IMG/VR virus record: IMGVR_UViG_3300028423_000586
Coordinates: 4,943-68,942 of that record
Source of the DNA: a virus
Direction: 5' to 3' (one strand)
DNA length: 64,000 bases
The position numbers were made by a program, and so were the translations under genes. The notes beneath the pieces were generated by a model. The model did not search any database. It was not told where the DNA came from and worked only from the letters and a program-made list of their open reading frames with translations. The first letter of the stretch is position 1. Each line of letters starts with the position of its first letter. Shown one piece after another: positions 12,001 through 20,897 of the stretch.

Positions 12001-13197
12001 ACCAGAACCAAAGCCAAATAAACCTGCTGTGAATATCTCATCACCTGATAAACGTTCAGTATCCTGAAGACCTGCATAAGCTGTTAAGGCTTCTTCAGTG
12101 GATTCAGTAATACCTTCTGCTACAGCACCTGTAGCAGCTCTAGGAACCACGTTTGATACTTGGTTAGGTACTAGTCGAGCACCAGTTGCTAAGAATCGGT
12201 CTGAGTATGTACCTACAATACCTGCTAAAGCTGAGTAAGCTTGAGTAGTTTTACGTTCATCCCCTACTGGAATATCCCCATACTCTTTCTCAAACTCATC
12301 TAAAGCTTGTTGGTAGTTCTGGTTAGCTAAAGCTGTTGTACCTACTGCAATACTTCTAGCAGCAGTCAACATAGCAGGAATAGACTCAACAGTAACTTGA
12401 GCTACAGCTTGTGGGTTAGAGAATAGTGTGTAAAGCCCTTCAGCAGTGAAATCTTTAGCACCTTCTATCAAGTCTTCAATCCCGCTTAAATCATCAGCCT
12501 GTAGTTTCTCAATACCTTGGTTAATAGTACCTATATTGTTATTGAATACGTCAGCAGCTTCATTAAATGCAGTTTCAGTCTTAGCAGTGTTAACCAACTC
12601 TTCGCCAGAACTAAAAACATCATTAAATTCTTTGAGGCGTTCACTATTAGAAAAGAAACGGTCTAGTATCTCTTTTTTAGGTTCCATAGCCACTGAAGGG
12701 GTAGTTGCTTCTCTACCTGAATCGGCTAGCAAAGCAGAAGCATATTGAGCATATGGTTGGTCATCTACATTACGTTGACGTTCCCAAGGCTGTAGTAAAG
12801 CTTGCTCTTCAGGAGTGTATTCAACATCCTGTCCTTCAGAAGCTAGTTTTTCTTTCTCTTGAATAGAACGGTAGGTAACCAAGTCTTGAGCAGTAAAATC
12901 ACCACGACTGACATCAAACTCATTTAACGCAGTTGGTATAGCAGATAGGATATTACCTACTTGCTGTAAAGCCTTACTACCTAAAGAGATACCAATGTTA
13001 GTTGCTGCTCCTAACGGGTTCTCCAACTCACTATCAGACACAATAGCATCAGGACTTGTACTACGGTCACGGTCAATAGAACTGATAGCATTTAGCCGTT
13101 CCTGTTGAGAACGGCTAGTTGATAGTAGTTGGTTTTTGTAATCTTGGGTTGCTTGCTCTAACGCAATAGCTGTAGAAGACTTAGGGTCTATTGCCAT
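3013..13197 (-). CDS. Virion-encapsidated RNA polymerase (N4 gp50-like)
   Basis: 3394 aa; motif A EIDGITNGP, motif B RKLTKNPVTVTVYAAG, motif C NVFDA; no cysteine seen by eye; HELVH zincin motif in the C-terminal part. Confidence 0.97.
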   Translation of the reverse strand: MAIDPKSSTAIALEQATQDYKNQLLSTSRSQQERLNAISSIDRDRSTSPDAIVSDSELENPLGAATNIGISLGSKALQQVGNILSAIPTALNEFDVSRGDFTAQDLVTYRSIQEKEKLASEGQDVEYTPEEQALLQPWERQRNVDDQPYAQYASALLADSGREATTPSVAMEPKKEILDRFFSNSERLKEFNDVFSSGEELVNTAKTETAFNEAADVFNNNIGTINQGIEKLQADDLSGIEDLIEGAKDFTAEGLYTLFSNPQAVAQVTVESIPAMLTAARSIAVGTTALANQNYQQALDEFEKEYGDIPVGDERKTTQAYSALAGIVGTYSDRFLATGARLVPNQVSNVVPRAATGAVAEGITESTEEALTAYAGLQDTERLSGDEIFTAGLFGFGSGAALAGGVTSVEKVNNLRKGLETKQNVTEKVNTGTAEVNLDNSIISDDTVRESVSEASYDKASDLAKVLRNATNLQKQESTLETTKEDAALLAKNTLNIVNSRIENAEVMLDELDAMAQQEGLNETSREEIKRNQKETKQELTRLEKVRDTYSQQVENTFNAIATSPDKVNEIKSRILDIESETSSLANDADGFNQARIDKDAALLNEAAITTDQVTSEELIQASNNPNVSPQRANQLRLTAELNDTLKSTDAVHNDIVNGGKGFIGLRQYQQRIGTMLNMGSTQQAKNQLSLLGNFANHLSNKATAYQNALEQAKASPAGTRVPVEGFLKLDGSQATVDANADKLVNDISVEAQLSAQTLQNLNNQVAGFSNPELLTASTPTNTTDVNEEITTEASTDVETTEVTDTPTTEATPEAVQETTDENVVNPASSATDIELLAVHNLETDSRKDITTLDAKEELESRDYVFNDEGDVTSAPSQSGVLDELNTGAEPQSKNKTYEGADKNFLSTNQVNVVFTNTRRGLIDSIDITNTEEVALELGRDLLPSENTLLSVLGSFSSQVADSITNNLKTPAEILARRGFQHRFPFDYFSREDGTYSDELLETLGITAMEYLENNASQLNSISNTGMATLLNVDSSNFTPTSQQLSALGNAGSPYLEVVKALGRTALKNVGLKRNTDMPINIQSKIEMDLGRVIYRALEDMNVIETETFTGQQLNELGGNYTNDKAVIRSSKVNLKSLDTGFGTDSLELFGALDGFIESLTSVTKEPHKAEIGKRTSKVSNQVRRSGGQVASKKFVEGANKDADVPHYIDANMNTVFDALGDDVIAEILGEKSEEGVIKGLLPKVVGKNRTVRRDIRTFKEFRNRMLKQEGNLNAPFFYNYRFGKQLRLSAIGSDINYQTSKLHRYLTAMEPSRIDPSDNTNASYVTFKLGVAQGMGIDIDKQTLAKSLYEYEQLINDPVIDSGVTELTKLLSSQEADVSAITAAVAKGGENTHSLKSLVGLAELRLANGKPFDTTVTYEIDGITNGPFNAHIQMGLQVVNGKVTDDSIQRMAQGGLFLDGTQSYTDWISNPSNWDIYQTTAATIGQYEQELLNPNIINDEVTLLSKQRYPVLKKYVGEIVSVDEDTGDLISVTSKGRKLTKNPVTVTVYAAGEASISNKIAESIRSNILEDLQAAVESNNTQKLNEIANDIIFLTGDNSITSMSPSDFEFTPNMVKTMNKTVRETLGNMVNKAIRENFETQIENTDLVTESSNVIFFMFKAMYDKAVNDRIAELRNSGVLSSYEYLSEQQLNEVKKELIETMPVYRSYYGDVNNGIQTANFAETNQVPDEVKSLFTIGDTMKGFSLTPSYLPTYTAPAASTMAMLNIANGDATTMARATQYSTKNIGLNVFDARIAPINSVVESAFSLNRSAYEAVAEHSILETVNERFAASYKAFSNTELDSNDPSVIQLKHYAVAYFQGGKVVKGKATLFKGNSSTTFNDEQVVSMIDENMLNKYLSIVAAKNELALENNNEAKTLLKKELTFNQFEALGTGVRFNNGEVKKGVELTPEMITEAIVNSEQKLLTATQQLPETENIDTTLASIERNVSESLSTGYVNPDAETPIADFFKGRSEASVTDLRDLVSTLEIPTTTRVIYDALLANIANTGGVTVRVLRGTDNHDVVTNQGKENTELLHGYASTTDNVIYLNAEDKINTGFTTETLFHELVHIATSDALFNGLEQLRTGVDLGLTKAQLKAVRDIQKLYDDAVKRNTLPANALENIYEFVAWGLTNNQAKSELSKSKTRLRALANSVTRLVKQMLGMTDADNNALIQLLDKAFTLSTYGKRVDNSITGNPKTLPHRAEDSIKRLTLSQVYDGVARRNTVQITNEHDTHLRTVLDEAVSKVIDPALLVTTDANQGLATEDALLLNRLDPSVNDTLTVLSGLNFRMSEQERFVYGMYSHVIDSALNDFGWNTREIRRMYDHAEKNMTWEDFVDDSSVLNTPEDIEQSKALAQSRYDAVFNNAGTGVNDYLRNFLALAVTNESFRERLANLETPRLLSKSLKGDTVRETIDNVMTAIINWLNDFAITRSHESTVLGKLDTLSKNIRYKELAEKSKLAKDAERIGGFASNTLNRINNWGKERIDKALEASQKAVKERAVLNASVRLAGVLLSEERANTFAIGLDRVQSLRAQGREGFISALWSDLKGTNSGNQRIHQLLAIKNKMVDQENVHIKQHTARMVRDEFIEPLEEKDSFAMTKVLLKADVSSLLENGYDLTTIQNLIADKELLNKEITKLTAQLRQDVPQDLYYYFTNMGKSLGRYMARGEATVDGMVFNTDAIVSLHGTGKTNPNVSTAVRNRVDSLVTLQALKMTQFSDKRRVSRVMAKEAARTDNRNGAYFLMALHNRNKKDALTKNFVNAEHNFQKGYIREIVDPYRSVQVAPLEAESELKLQGYVRINRPLNADKNDPVKKPMFLYVSEYGGEISYLQSILSTANKAAKGFSVIDRFAQAGNALPNARKPEVIAQIARSKEASMGSLFTNKPKTVFNPLVPTTNKAGQVVDYRYVMSESMKDSLLRKDNRVDEVFGAMAAGITLKVNSEEINNRLIDALHEQYIEDRDSNNLDRYVLVEANSKDKQLRETWNLLPEEAKRKAKNKFGIEGVYVRNDLVNVAFGYRKWSLTDLWNPDSEYPALIKDMAVKMASSVYGNKIANYVARGERGLQEFVKEVKDIVVIKSVIVMLGNAISNTMQLPVLHGVSPIKTITDQITAFTAASEYRKNSEEIFDLQTKIDAGLGTPAMENRLVRLNQDQQRNPVKPLMDAGMLQTIIEDSDAQDSIYSYKHSLASKVSSVTSMLPDTLVEGVKQITISQGSITYDALSQATQLSDFAARFALFNHLTKNEGYTQENALTAITEAFINYDLPPHKAMQYMNDVGITWFFKYFIRIQKVILNAFRDKPARILAFLAAQNLMAIDVDSPLNSFAPSVDLGAKIGLMDGISMGTNAHPIAQFY

Positions 13198-13199
13198 GG

Positions 13200-14465
13200 T
13201 TATAGATTCCTATTATTGGAGTTACCTTTACGGAATTCCTCTCTTGCCTCCTGAATCAATCTTAGTTGCTCTACCTGAGCATTATTGATTTGAGTCTGAA
13301 GTAAGCGTTTTTCCGCATCCATCAATGCTTTCTTTTCATTAAGCTTACCATAGATTTCTAAGTTCTTACGTACAGATTTCTCCAAATTACTTACTTGAGA
13401 ACCAGTTAAATCACCTTTACCCCAATCCGTAATGTCATACCAAGATGGGTCAACTACTGTCATCTCTTGTAAGGATTGCTGTACTACCCATTTAGGTAGA
13501 GATGTATAGGTATACTCATTACCTTGAGAATCAGTGAAGGTATTCTCTTTCAGTGCATCAGTGATGTCATTATGTACTTCATAGACGTCTACATCATCTC
13601 GGTCTTGACTAGCTATGAAAGAACTAACAGCATCAGATGCAGTACCACTCTGAATAACATCATCAAAGTTATCCGGTAACTGATACTTCTTAGGCAACTC
13701 AGCCAATTGGTTAGTAGCACTGTTTATCGTTTGCTGAGTTTCTAGTTTAGGGAAGTAGGTCTCAGTACGAGTAGTACCATCAGGGCTAGTAACAGTTCGA
13801 GTACGTTCTGGATTAAAGTCTTTGATAGCTCTTTGTTCCAAATTGTAAACACGGTCTTCTTGACCTTGTTGAAACTGAATACGCTCTCTATTTCTCTGTT
13901 CTGCTTGGTTAGCCTGATTGAGTAGCATTTGCTTATAATCAACAGCAGATTTAACAGCAGCAGTCTGACCTTGTTCAGATAAACCAAGATTCTCTATAGT
14001 ACCTAATAAATCATCTACCTGACTTACAGAAGTAGCATTAAATAAGTCTTGGGTGAATTGATTAGCTATAGGTGTGTCTTTACGTACACGTAGATTATTC
14101 TCATACTCTAGGCGTGTATTTTCTTGGTTTTGGATAGTGTCATCCTGAGCTAGAAGAGCATTACGTATTTGAGCAACATCTATATTGCCGTTGTACGTAT
14201 CATCTAACTTTTCCAAATCAAATTGACCTGAATCAACAGCAGAGGAGTAATCTTCCATAGACTGCAAACCATATATCTGATTCAGTACATCCTCAGTGTT
14301 ATCTTGTTTAAGTTGCTGCTCTTCAGCACGTATATTAGATGCTTGACCTTCTGCAATGGCTCTAAGACCTTCAATACCTTCAGAGATACGATTACCTGCT
14401 GATTGGCTTAATAGGTTAGAAGCACCAAAGGAAGGAGCATTAATATTTTTCCAAGATATAGTCAT
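13200..14465 (-). CDS. Internal virion/ejection protein (N4 gp51-like)
   Basis: MTISWKNINAP N-terminus, Gln-rich helical sequence, directly upstream of vRNAP. Confidence 0.7.
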   Translation of the reverse strand: MTISWKNINAPSFGASNLLSQSAGNRISEGIEGLRAIAEGQASNIRAEEQQLKQDNTEDVLNQIYGLQSMEDYSSAVDSGQFDLEKLDDTYNGNIDVAQIRNALLAQDDTIQNQENTRLEYENNLRVRKDTPIANQFTQDLFNATSVSQVDDLLGTIENLGLSEQGQTAAVKSAVDYKQMLLNQANQAEQRNRERIQFQQGQEDRVYNLEQRAIKDFNPERTRTVTSPDGTTRTETYFPKLETQQTINSATNQLAELPKKYQLPDNFDDVIQSGTASDAVSSFIASQDRDDVDVYEVHNDITDALKENTFTDSQGNEYTYTSLPKWVVQQSLQEMTVVDPSWYDITDWGKGDLTGSQVSNLEKSVRKNLEIYGKLNEKKALMDAEKRLLQTQINNAQVEQLRLIQEAREEFRKGNSNNRNL

Positions 14466-14476
14466 ATTAAGACTCC

Positions 14477-14923
14477 TTATGAGTTAGGGGCTTCACCAGT
14501 AGATGCAATAGCTCTACGTCTAGCAGCTTCCTCTCGGTCAGCTACTTGTTGGTTATAGTTAGCCCAGAATGCCTCTTTAGTGAATGCTAATTGGTCTTCT
14601 GCTTGCCCTAGCTGCTCGAAACCAAGGAAGATGTTACCTATAGACGCTGCTGCACCTAAACCCTGACCAATACCTTCCCATGTACCTGCATTACTCCAAA
14701 AACTATTAGCATCTGGTGTATTTAGTGCATTGAAACTAGTACCTTCTAAACCGGCAATAGTACTAGGGTCGTTATTGGTTGCTAAACCAGTAATAGGGTT
14801 AATACCTTGTGGGGTCGATTGATTCCAAAAGTTATTAGGAGTCAACTGGTTATTAACCCTCGGTAATCCAGTAATAGGGTTAGTTTGGGTATTAGTGTTG
14901 TTACCCCAAAATATATCTGTCAT
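14477..14923 (-). CDS. Internal virion/ejection protein (N4 gp52-like)
   Basis: 148 aa, Gly/Ala amphipathic segment, AFWANYNQQ motif; synteny. Confidence 0.65.
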   Translation of the reverse strand: MTDIFWGNNTNTQTNPITGLPRVNNQLTPNNFWNQSTPQGINPITGLATNNDPSTIAGLEGTSFNALNTPDANSFWSNAGTWEGIGQGLGAAASIGNIFLGFEQLGQAEDQLAFTKEAFWANYNQQVADREEAARRRAIASTGEAPNS

Positions 14924-14932
14924 GACTGCCTC

Positions 14933-17083
14933 TTATATCTCTAAGTTAATGTCGTTAGTAGGAATATCAAACCTCAATAATTTTTCAACAAAGGTAGATG
15001 GTCCCTCTAAAGCAAGTACACCGATGTTATCATTATATGTGGTTCTAAACATAAATTCCTCTGGAGTTTCGTTAGCTCGCATACTATTTCTTACTATATC
15101 CAAGGAATTAAAGTCTAATAGTAAATCCCTTTCTTCTTCCTCTAACTCATCAGTTAGTTCTTCAGCATAAGTTAAGAATTCATTAATCTCATCAATGACT
15201 GCCTGTACCTCATCCTGAACTATATTTTCATATTCCTGTAATGCAACATTAGTTACCTGTAAGAAGTCAATTGCAGTAGGTAATTCGTATGAAGCAATAC
15301 TACCAATTTCAGGAATATTACCTGTGTAAGCAGCAGCAGCAATAGCCAAGATAACAATCAAAGCACCTTCTAACCCAATTACATTCACTAGGAAATCAAG
15401 GGCATAGTTAACAGCAATACTGATTAGTACTGCCTGTATTATTACTTGAGCAACAGCAACAACCCCAACAGCAGCAGCAGCTATTAAAGCTTGACCTACT
15501 TGGTATAAGCCATAAACAGTAAGGACTATCGCTACTACTTTAATAAAGAATTGGAAGAAACCTGTTTCATACCACTTAATCTTTTTCTTTATCTTGCTGT
15601 TAAAAACAATACGAATTGAGTAATACATAAGCTCGTTAGAGAAAAGACGGCTAACATTGTCAGTAACATCCACATTAAGAGGAATAAGAAAATTGTTTTT
15701 CTCGTCTTCTGTATCAAAGGCATCTTTGAGGGACGTATCGACAGTATCATTCGGGTAAACGTAGTTGATATGATATAAGCCATGGACTGTAATCTCTTGG
15801 TAGAAGTTAGTAGTCAATTGCTTACGTATAATGTACTTGCTCGTCTCATATGCAAAAAACTCACGTACATCTCTTTCCGTAGCAATCACTTCCCTCTCAA
15901 AAGTATCGACGTCACCTATAGAACCTTGTATGACTTCAGCTTGAATATAGTTATATGACAAGTTCATACGATAACCAAAGTCTCGTATTGATATTATATT
16001 AACTGGAGGTGCTTCGTTGGCATCCAGACTGTTAGCTACCCAATTATCATAATCATTCTTATCAAACTCAGATGTATTACTCAGGTAAATAAAGTACTCA
16101 TATAGATAGTTTAGTACAGCCTGTGAATCATCTGCTATATCTACAGCAGTAATCACATAAGCATGGTCTACATCACCGATATCAGGAGATGCATTAATAC
16201 CTTCAGCTAAACCATCAATATCTATACCCCACATATCTAGCATACGTTTACTAGTTTTAAATAGGTCATCCTCTCTGTAACTACCTTGAGTTAAATCGAC
16301 CTTACTTCTACGTATAGGTATAACAGGGTAGTACTGACTTGATTGCTCTAGGTCTTCAGGTATATCCAAGGAAGGGTAAACGTGTGTGCTAGGGTCATAA
16401 GACCAGTATTGCTGCTCACCTACAATAACCTCTTCTTCTTCCCCTTGCTCGTTTGTTGTTGTCTCTGTTTCAAAGTATACAACATAGTAATAAAGGTTAT
16501 CTCTTTGTACAGGGTCATGGGTATAAATCTCGGTATAGTAATAGGTATTTATTTCAGTATTGCCCGTACTTGGGTCATACTCTTGTACCGTGTAAACATA
16601 CTCGATTGATGTCTGGGTATCTGATGTGTAGTAAGCATCATTAAACTCTACCGGACTTGCATTGATAGGAGGTGTAAACGGGGGATTAGATACAATATTA
16701 GTATTACTATCCCAACCACGTACATTAGTAAGGTAAGGCAGGATAAAGCGAGTAGCAGAAGCAATATCAATTACAGTACTCACAACCAATACAGTGATAC
16801 CTAAATCCTGTTCAAGAATAGGCTTCATTACTTGGTTATTAGGGGCAGGGTAATTAAGTGTACCTTCAGGTAAACCAAGAGGGTAATTGTCTATAGCGTA
16901 CTGTCTCATACGTCTACCTTTGATGTAGAGACTTCCTATGTAATTACCTACAAGTTCATTAGGTATATTCTTATTATTAAGTACCGAAGTAATAATAGTG
17001 TCTTTAACTAGGTTAGGGGTTTCTTCCAAAAGTATCTGGGAAGACGATTCAATGAATGTTTTGGTTGTACTAAATAATCCCAT
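14933..17083 (-). CDS. Virion protein with membrane segments (N4 gp53-like)
   Basis: MGLFS start, KWYETGFF followed by long hydrophobic region; synteny. Confidence 0.75.
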   Translation of the reverse strand: MGLFSTTKTFIESSSQILLEETPNLVKDTIITSVLNNKNIPNELVGNYIGSLYIKGRRMRQYAIDNYPLGLPEGTLNYPAPNNQVMKPILEQDLGITVLVVSTVIDIASATRFILPYLTNVRGWDSNTNIVSNPPFTPPINASPVEFNDAYYTSDTQTSIEYVYTVQEYDPSTGNTEINTYYYTEIYTHDPVQRDNLYYYVVYFETETTTNEQGEEEEVIVGEQQYWSYDPSTHVYPSLDIPEDLEQSSQYYPVIPIRRSKVDLTQGSYREDDLFKTSKRMLDMWGIDIDGLAEGINASPDIGDVDHAYVITAVDIADDSQAVLNYLYEYFIYLSNTSEFDKNDYDNWVANSLDANEAPPVNIISIRDFGYRMNLSYNYIQAEVIQGSIGDVDTFEREVIATERDVREFFAYETSKYIIRKQLTTNFYQEITVHGLYHINYVYPNDTVDTSLKDAFDTEDEKNNFLIPLNVDVTDNVSRLFSNELMYYSIRIVFNSKIKKKIKWYETGFFQFFIKVVAIVLTVYGLYQVGQALIAAAAVGVVAVAQVIIQAVLISIAVNYALDFLVNVIGLEGALIVILAIAAAAYTGNIPEIGSIASYELPTAIDFLQVTNVALQEYENIVQDEVQAVIDEINEFLTYAEELTDELEEEERDLLLDFNSLDIVRNSMRANETPEEFMFRTTYNDNIGVLALEGPSTFVEKLLRFDIPTNDINLEI

Positions 17084-17086
17084 AAT

Positions 17087-17109
17087 AAAAAAGGGAGCTA
17101 ATGCTCCCT
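17087..17109 (-). terminator. Rho-independent terminator
   Basis: AGGGAGC-TAAT-GCTCCCT with U-tract on the minus strand. Confidence 0.75.
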
Positions 17110-17137
17110 CCTCCTATACTCATCAGCTATCCTAAGT

Positions 17138-17893
17138 TTAAGGTGTAAACGTAGGAGCACCAATACCTTGTTTAGCAATATTTAGAACATTATTAATTTC
17201 TGCATCACCTAAACCATTGTTAAGAGTATCAGCACCGTCTGTGGTTTGACGAACTGTCCAAGTATCAATCATCATCTTGGCTAGCTTCTGTTCAGCGTTA
17301 CGGTCAAAGCCTTCAGACTGTTTCTTAACAAGCTCCATCTGCTTACCAAGTACACCACCTACAGTTGATTCATCACCTTCAGTTTGAGCAATCTCAGTAA
17401 CAAGTTTTTGCTCCAATAGAGCATTCTCTTTGTCTACTTTTTCTTGTTGCTTGGTGATTAAGATGAACTGGTTTTCAGCATTCAGTTTCTGTTGATTAAT
17501 AAGCTCAATATTAGCTCTTGTTGCATCTACGTTTGCTTGGCTCTCTGCAATTTGAGATGTAATCAGCTCAAGCTGTTTAACAGATATAGCAGTATCAGCT
17601 TCTAACTTATCTATCTGAGCATTCACTAGAGAAGTATTTGCATCTACATTGAGTATCTGCTTATCCAATAACTCTAATTGCTTATCAAGTTGCTTAGATT
17701 GCAATAAGAAGTTTGATGCTTGGCTAAGAACAGCAGTGAGAGAACCAAGGTAAACATTAGCATAATCAGCACCGGTAATACGGGAATTCTTGTATTGACG
17801 TTCAACATGCTCTGTAACAGAAGTCATGAGCTTATCGAACGTACCATCACCGTTTATACTACCGTCTGTTAAATCTTCAATCTGAATAGTCAT
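17138..17893 (-). CDS. Structural protein (N4 gp54-like)
   Basis: GDGTFDKLM...RITGADYANVY motif plus coiled coil; synteny. Confidence 0.75.
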   Translation of the reverse strand: MTIQIEDLTDGSINGDGTFDKLMTSVTEHVERQYKNSRITGADYANVYLGSLTAVLSQASNFLLQSKQLDKQLELLDKQILNVDANTSLVNAQIDKLEADTAISVKQLELITSQIAESQANVDATRANIELINQQKLNAENQFILITKQQEKVDKENALLEQKLVTEIAQTEGDESTVGGVLGKQMELVKKQSEGFDRNAEQKLAKMMIDTWTVRQTTDGADTLNNGLGDAEINNVLNIAKQGIGAPTFTP

Positions 17894-17914
17894 CTACTTA
17901 CCTTGGTTACAGTC

Positions 17915-18478
17915 TTACAGACCGCCTTTAGCTTGTTGTGCTTTAGATAGCTCTGCTAACTCTTGTTCTGTAAGAGGTGGTAGAACTTCGATTGCAAACT
18001 CGTTAATCAATACTGATTCTTGAGTCTTTTCACCGTTATCATGTTTTACTTCACGGAAGAACTGATATTTACGGTTCTTAAGTGATTGATACAGTGCATT
18101 AGGAATATGATAACCGTCTTCGTGTGTAGAAGGGCTATAAGGAATAAACTTCTTGTGAGTACCAATTACTTTATTACCTACAGAGAAGATTTCACCTTGC
18201 ATGTTTTTCTTAGCAGGGTTCATACAAGTAATACGACAACGAACTAACTTGGTAGCTTCATCACGAATACGTTTATGACGTTGACGTGTTGTTTCTTTAT
18301 CAGTTGGTGTTTGTGCCGTAGGTTCATTACCTGCTAGTTTTTCAGCTACTAGCTGACGTAGAGACTCTACTGATAGGTTGCCCTGAACAGGAATACCTAA
18401 CTTCTTACATTGTTGCTTAAGAAGTGTTTTCTCATCTACATGTGTTTCAGGGTTTTGGTTTTCTTCTGACATGTTCAT
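17915..18478 (-). CDS. Conserved protein (N4 gp55-like)
   Basis: KLVRCRITCMNPAK and EVLPPLTEQEL motifs; downstream of MCP. Confidence 0.75.
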   Translation of the reverse strand: MNMSEENQNPETHVDEKTLLKQQCKKLGIPVQGNLSVESLRQLVAEKLAGNEPTAQTPTDKETTRQRHKRIRDEATKLVRCRITCMNPAKKNMQGEIFSVGNKVIGTHKKFIPYSPSTHEDGYHIPNALYQSLKNRKYQFFREVKHDNGEKTQESVLINEFAIEVLPPLTEQELAELSKAQQAKGGL

Positions 18479-18512
18479 TTCCTTTTAAAGTGGGTGGAAC
18501 CACATAAATGAT

Positions 18513-18536
18513 GGGACTCCCTTCATAGAGAGTCCC
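18513..18536 (-). terminator. Hairpin after the MCP gene (terminator or stabiliser)
   Basis: GGGACTC...GAGTCCC inverted repeat; weak U-tract. Confidence 0.5.
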
Positions 18537-18544
18537 GATTAATA

Positions 18545-19735
18545 TTACATACGTGCTACAGATTTCATCAAGCCAATACGTTCAGAACGTTCGATAAGAG
18601 TACCATACCACCATTGGATAGAAGTGAAACCAATTTTACCATATGGGTTATTACGGTCTGCAACTTTTTCACCCGGCAATTTAGTGATTACTTCAAACTT
18701 GTTGGTCTTACCATCGTATTGGAAACCGATAGTAGTGAATGAACCACCACCAACAGCAAGTAGAGGGTAAATGTTGTAGTTACTGCCGTTATCTAGGTAA
18801 CCACCGTTAGTTGTTACTGCTGCACCTGCACCTGCCCAATGCTGCATTTCAGGAACTACGATGATACGGAATTGGTCAATAGTACCTACTTCACCACGCA
18901 TTACGTTACCTGCTGCTGCATAGTGAGCCACAGGAATAAAGGCTGCATTACCGAACGGGTCAACCATGTTACGTAGTGTAGGAAGCATTTCATGACCTAC
19001 ATACAATGGGAAACCATCAGAGATAACACGAGTATCAGTTAGACGTGAGCCAGTGATAATCTTAGTTTTAACCGGAGTACGGTTAGCACGAAGGTCAATA
19101 GCCAAACGCATGAAGTCATCATAATCAACTTCAGATACTACAGCACCATCTTCACCTGTTACTTCTGAGTCTTGTGTAGCTTCACCACCAAAACGAATAA
19201 CACCTGCTGCGTTAAGAAGGTCAATCTGTAGCGCATCTTCTGAGATTTCATTCGCTGCATACATCATCTCACGGCGGAAGTGCATACGGATATCATCTTC
19301 AGAATCAAAATCTACTGAGTCACGAGTGAACTCATCGAAGAAACCAAGCTGAGTGATAGAGGCTTCAATTTCAATACGTGTGTAACCGATACGGTTAACA
19401 CGACCACCTGCTTCACCCAAAACAGGAAGTTTACCAGAAATAGTACCTACGTCTTTAGATGAACCATAAAGGTTACCGTTAGCGTATTGAGCACCACTAG
19501 CGTCAAGACCTTGGTCATTTTGGTTACGGTCATCTAGTACCGGAATCCAAACATACTTCTTGATTGTCTTACCGTAATGCTTAGGCATCTTAGTAGTATC
19601 AGACATCTGAGTGAAGTACTGCTCTTTTTGCATCTCAATCAGGGATTGTCTGTCCCAGTAGTAGAGATTCATTTGTGAACCTACAGATGATGGAGTACCA
19701 CCGGCAGGGTCATTGTATTTAATTTCGTCAGCCAT
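18545..19735 (-). CDS. Major capsid protein (N4 gp56 family)
   Basis: MPKHYGKTIK, LDDRN.NDQGLDA, GNLYGSSKDVG, GGRVNR motifs; 396 aa. Confidence 0.95.
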   Translation of the reverse strand: MADEIKYNDPAGGTPSSVGSQMNLYYWDRQSLIEMQKEQYFTQMSDTTKMPKHYGKTIKKYVWIPVLDDRNQNDQGLDASGAQYANGNLYGSSKDVGTISGKLPVLGEAGGRVNRIGYTRIEIEASITQLGFFDEFTRDSVDFDSEDDIRMHFRREMMYAANEISEDALQIDLLNAAGVIRFGGEATQDSEVTGEDGAVVSEVDYDDFMRLAIDLRANRTPVKTKIITGSRLTDTRVISDGFPLYVGHEMLPTLRNMVDPFGNAAFIPVAHYAAAGNVMRGEVGTIDQFRIIVVPEMQHWAGAGAAVTTNGGYLDNGSNYNIYPLLAVGGGSFTTIGFQYDGKTNKFEVITKLPGEKVADRNNPYGKIGFTSIQWWYGTLIERSERIGLMKSVARM

Positions 19736-19749
19736 AATTTAGCTCCTAG

Positions 19750-20883
19750 TTAAAGATATTTACTTGCTGATTTCAAAAAGTCTTCATCGGACAGTTTAGC
19801 TAATTCATCAATGCTAGACGGTGTACGATTTGTACTTGGTTTTTTAGCCTTTGGGCTTGCCAATTTTCTACGGTCTGAAACCGCATTAGAGTCTTTAGGT
19901 TTACGTTGTGCAGACTTAGGCTTGTCTTTGACAGTGGCTTCAGCTTGCATCATCTGCATACCTACTTTCTCATATGCTTCTACATCAGAAAGACTTTGTG
20001 GCAACTTACCTACCATACGTTGCTTGGTCACTTCAGCATTGATACGGTCAAATAAACCATTTGCCTTATGTACTACAAGTGTTTCAATACGTGTTGGGTT
20101 AGCTACTAAGATTTCTTTACTGGAGCTGTCCCACTGATTAGTTACGATATCCATCGTGTCCTTAAATGATGGGTTATCTTGAACACGTTCAAGTACTTCA
20201 TCTAAGTTTACAGATTCTTCACTAACAGTGTGCTTTACAGGAGAATAATCTTCGTCTTCTTTTGTTTCCAAATCCAATGGGTCAATAGACGCATCTCGCA
20301 TTAATTTCGAAATTGCTTGTTTATTACCAGAGGTAACGTCAATTAAGAAATTAATTTTATCTTCGTCTAATAATTTATTTTTTTCAAGTGTTTTAAGTAA
20401 ACGCATGTGAGGTTTAATGGTATGCATCTTTTTATGGTAATTAGCACCCATGCGCATTAAATCAATCGCTTCTTCTACACTGTCTACTTTAATTTGAGTA
20501 CCGTTAGCAGCAAAAGGAGATAATAACTTTTCCATATCATCACGGAGTTTCTGAATATCTTCAGACTCATCCGTAGTTTGGTTATCTTCGTTATCATCAT
20601 CTGAATCATCATCTGTATTATCAGAATCATCAGTATCTGGATTATCTACGTCTTCTTCATCTGCTTCTGGAACATCCACATTGTCCTGTGTGCTCTCTTC
20701 AGATTCAGCGTCTGTAGCTTCTTGCGTATCTTCCTGTGCTGCGTTTTCATCAGTAGTAACACCTTCATTACTTTCATCAGTATCGGTACTATCTGATTCT
20801 GGTGTACTCATTAGAGAGGGTGCCTGACTTAGAAAATCATCATCAGACATATTAGCCATTTGGTCTAAGGTGATATCACTCAT
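19750..20883 (-). CDS. N4 gp57-like protein (scaffold-like; often annotated tape measure)
   Basis: Acidic N-terminus, PFAANG...LMRMGANY motif; upstream of MCP. Confidence 0.8.
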   Translation of the reverse strand: MSDITLDQMANMSDDDFLSQAPSLMSTPESDSTDTDESNEGVTTDENAAQEDTQEATDAESEESTQDNVDVPEADEEDVDNPDTDDSDNTDDDSDDDNEDNQTTDESEDIQKLRDDMEKLLSPFAANGTQIKVDSVEEAIDLMRMGANYHKKMHTIKPHMRLLKTLEKNKLLDEDKINFLIDVTSGNKQAISKLMRDASIDPLDLETKEDEDYSPVKHTVSEESVNLDEVLERVQDNPSFKDTMDIVTNQWDSSSKEILVANPTRIETLVVHKANGLFDRINAEVTKQRMVGKLPQSLSDVEAYEKVGMQMMQAEATVKDKPKSAQRKPKDSNAVSDRRKLASPKAKKPSTNRTPSSIDELAKLSDEDFLKSASKYL

Positions 20884-20897
20884 CGGTTATCTCCTTA

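Noticed and set aside
5174-12748. Plus-strand ORFs inside the vRNAP gene and similar shadow ORFs elsewhere
   Set aside because: Ser/Leu-rich antisense shadows of real genes, without RBS
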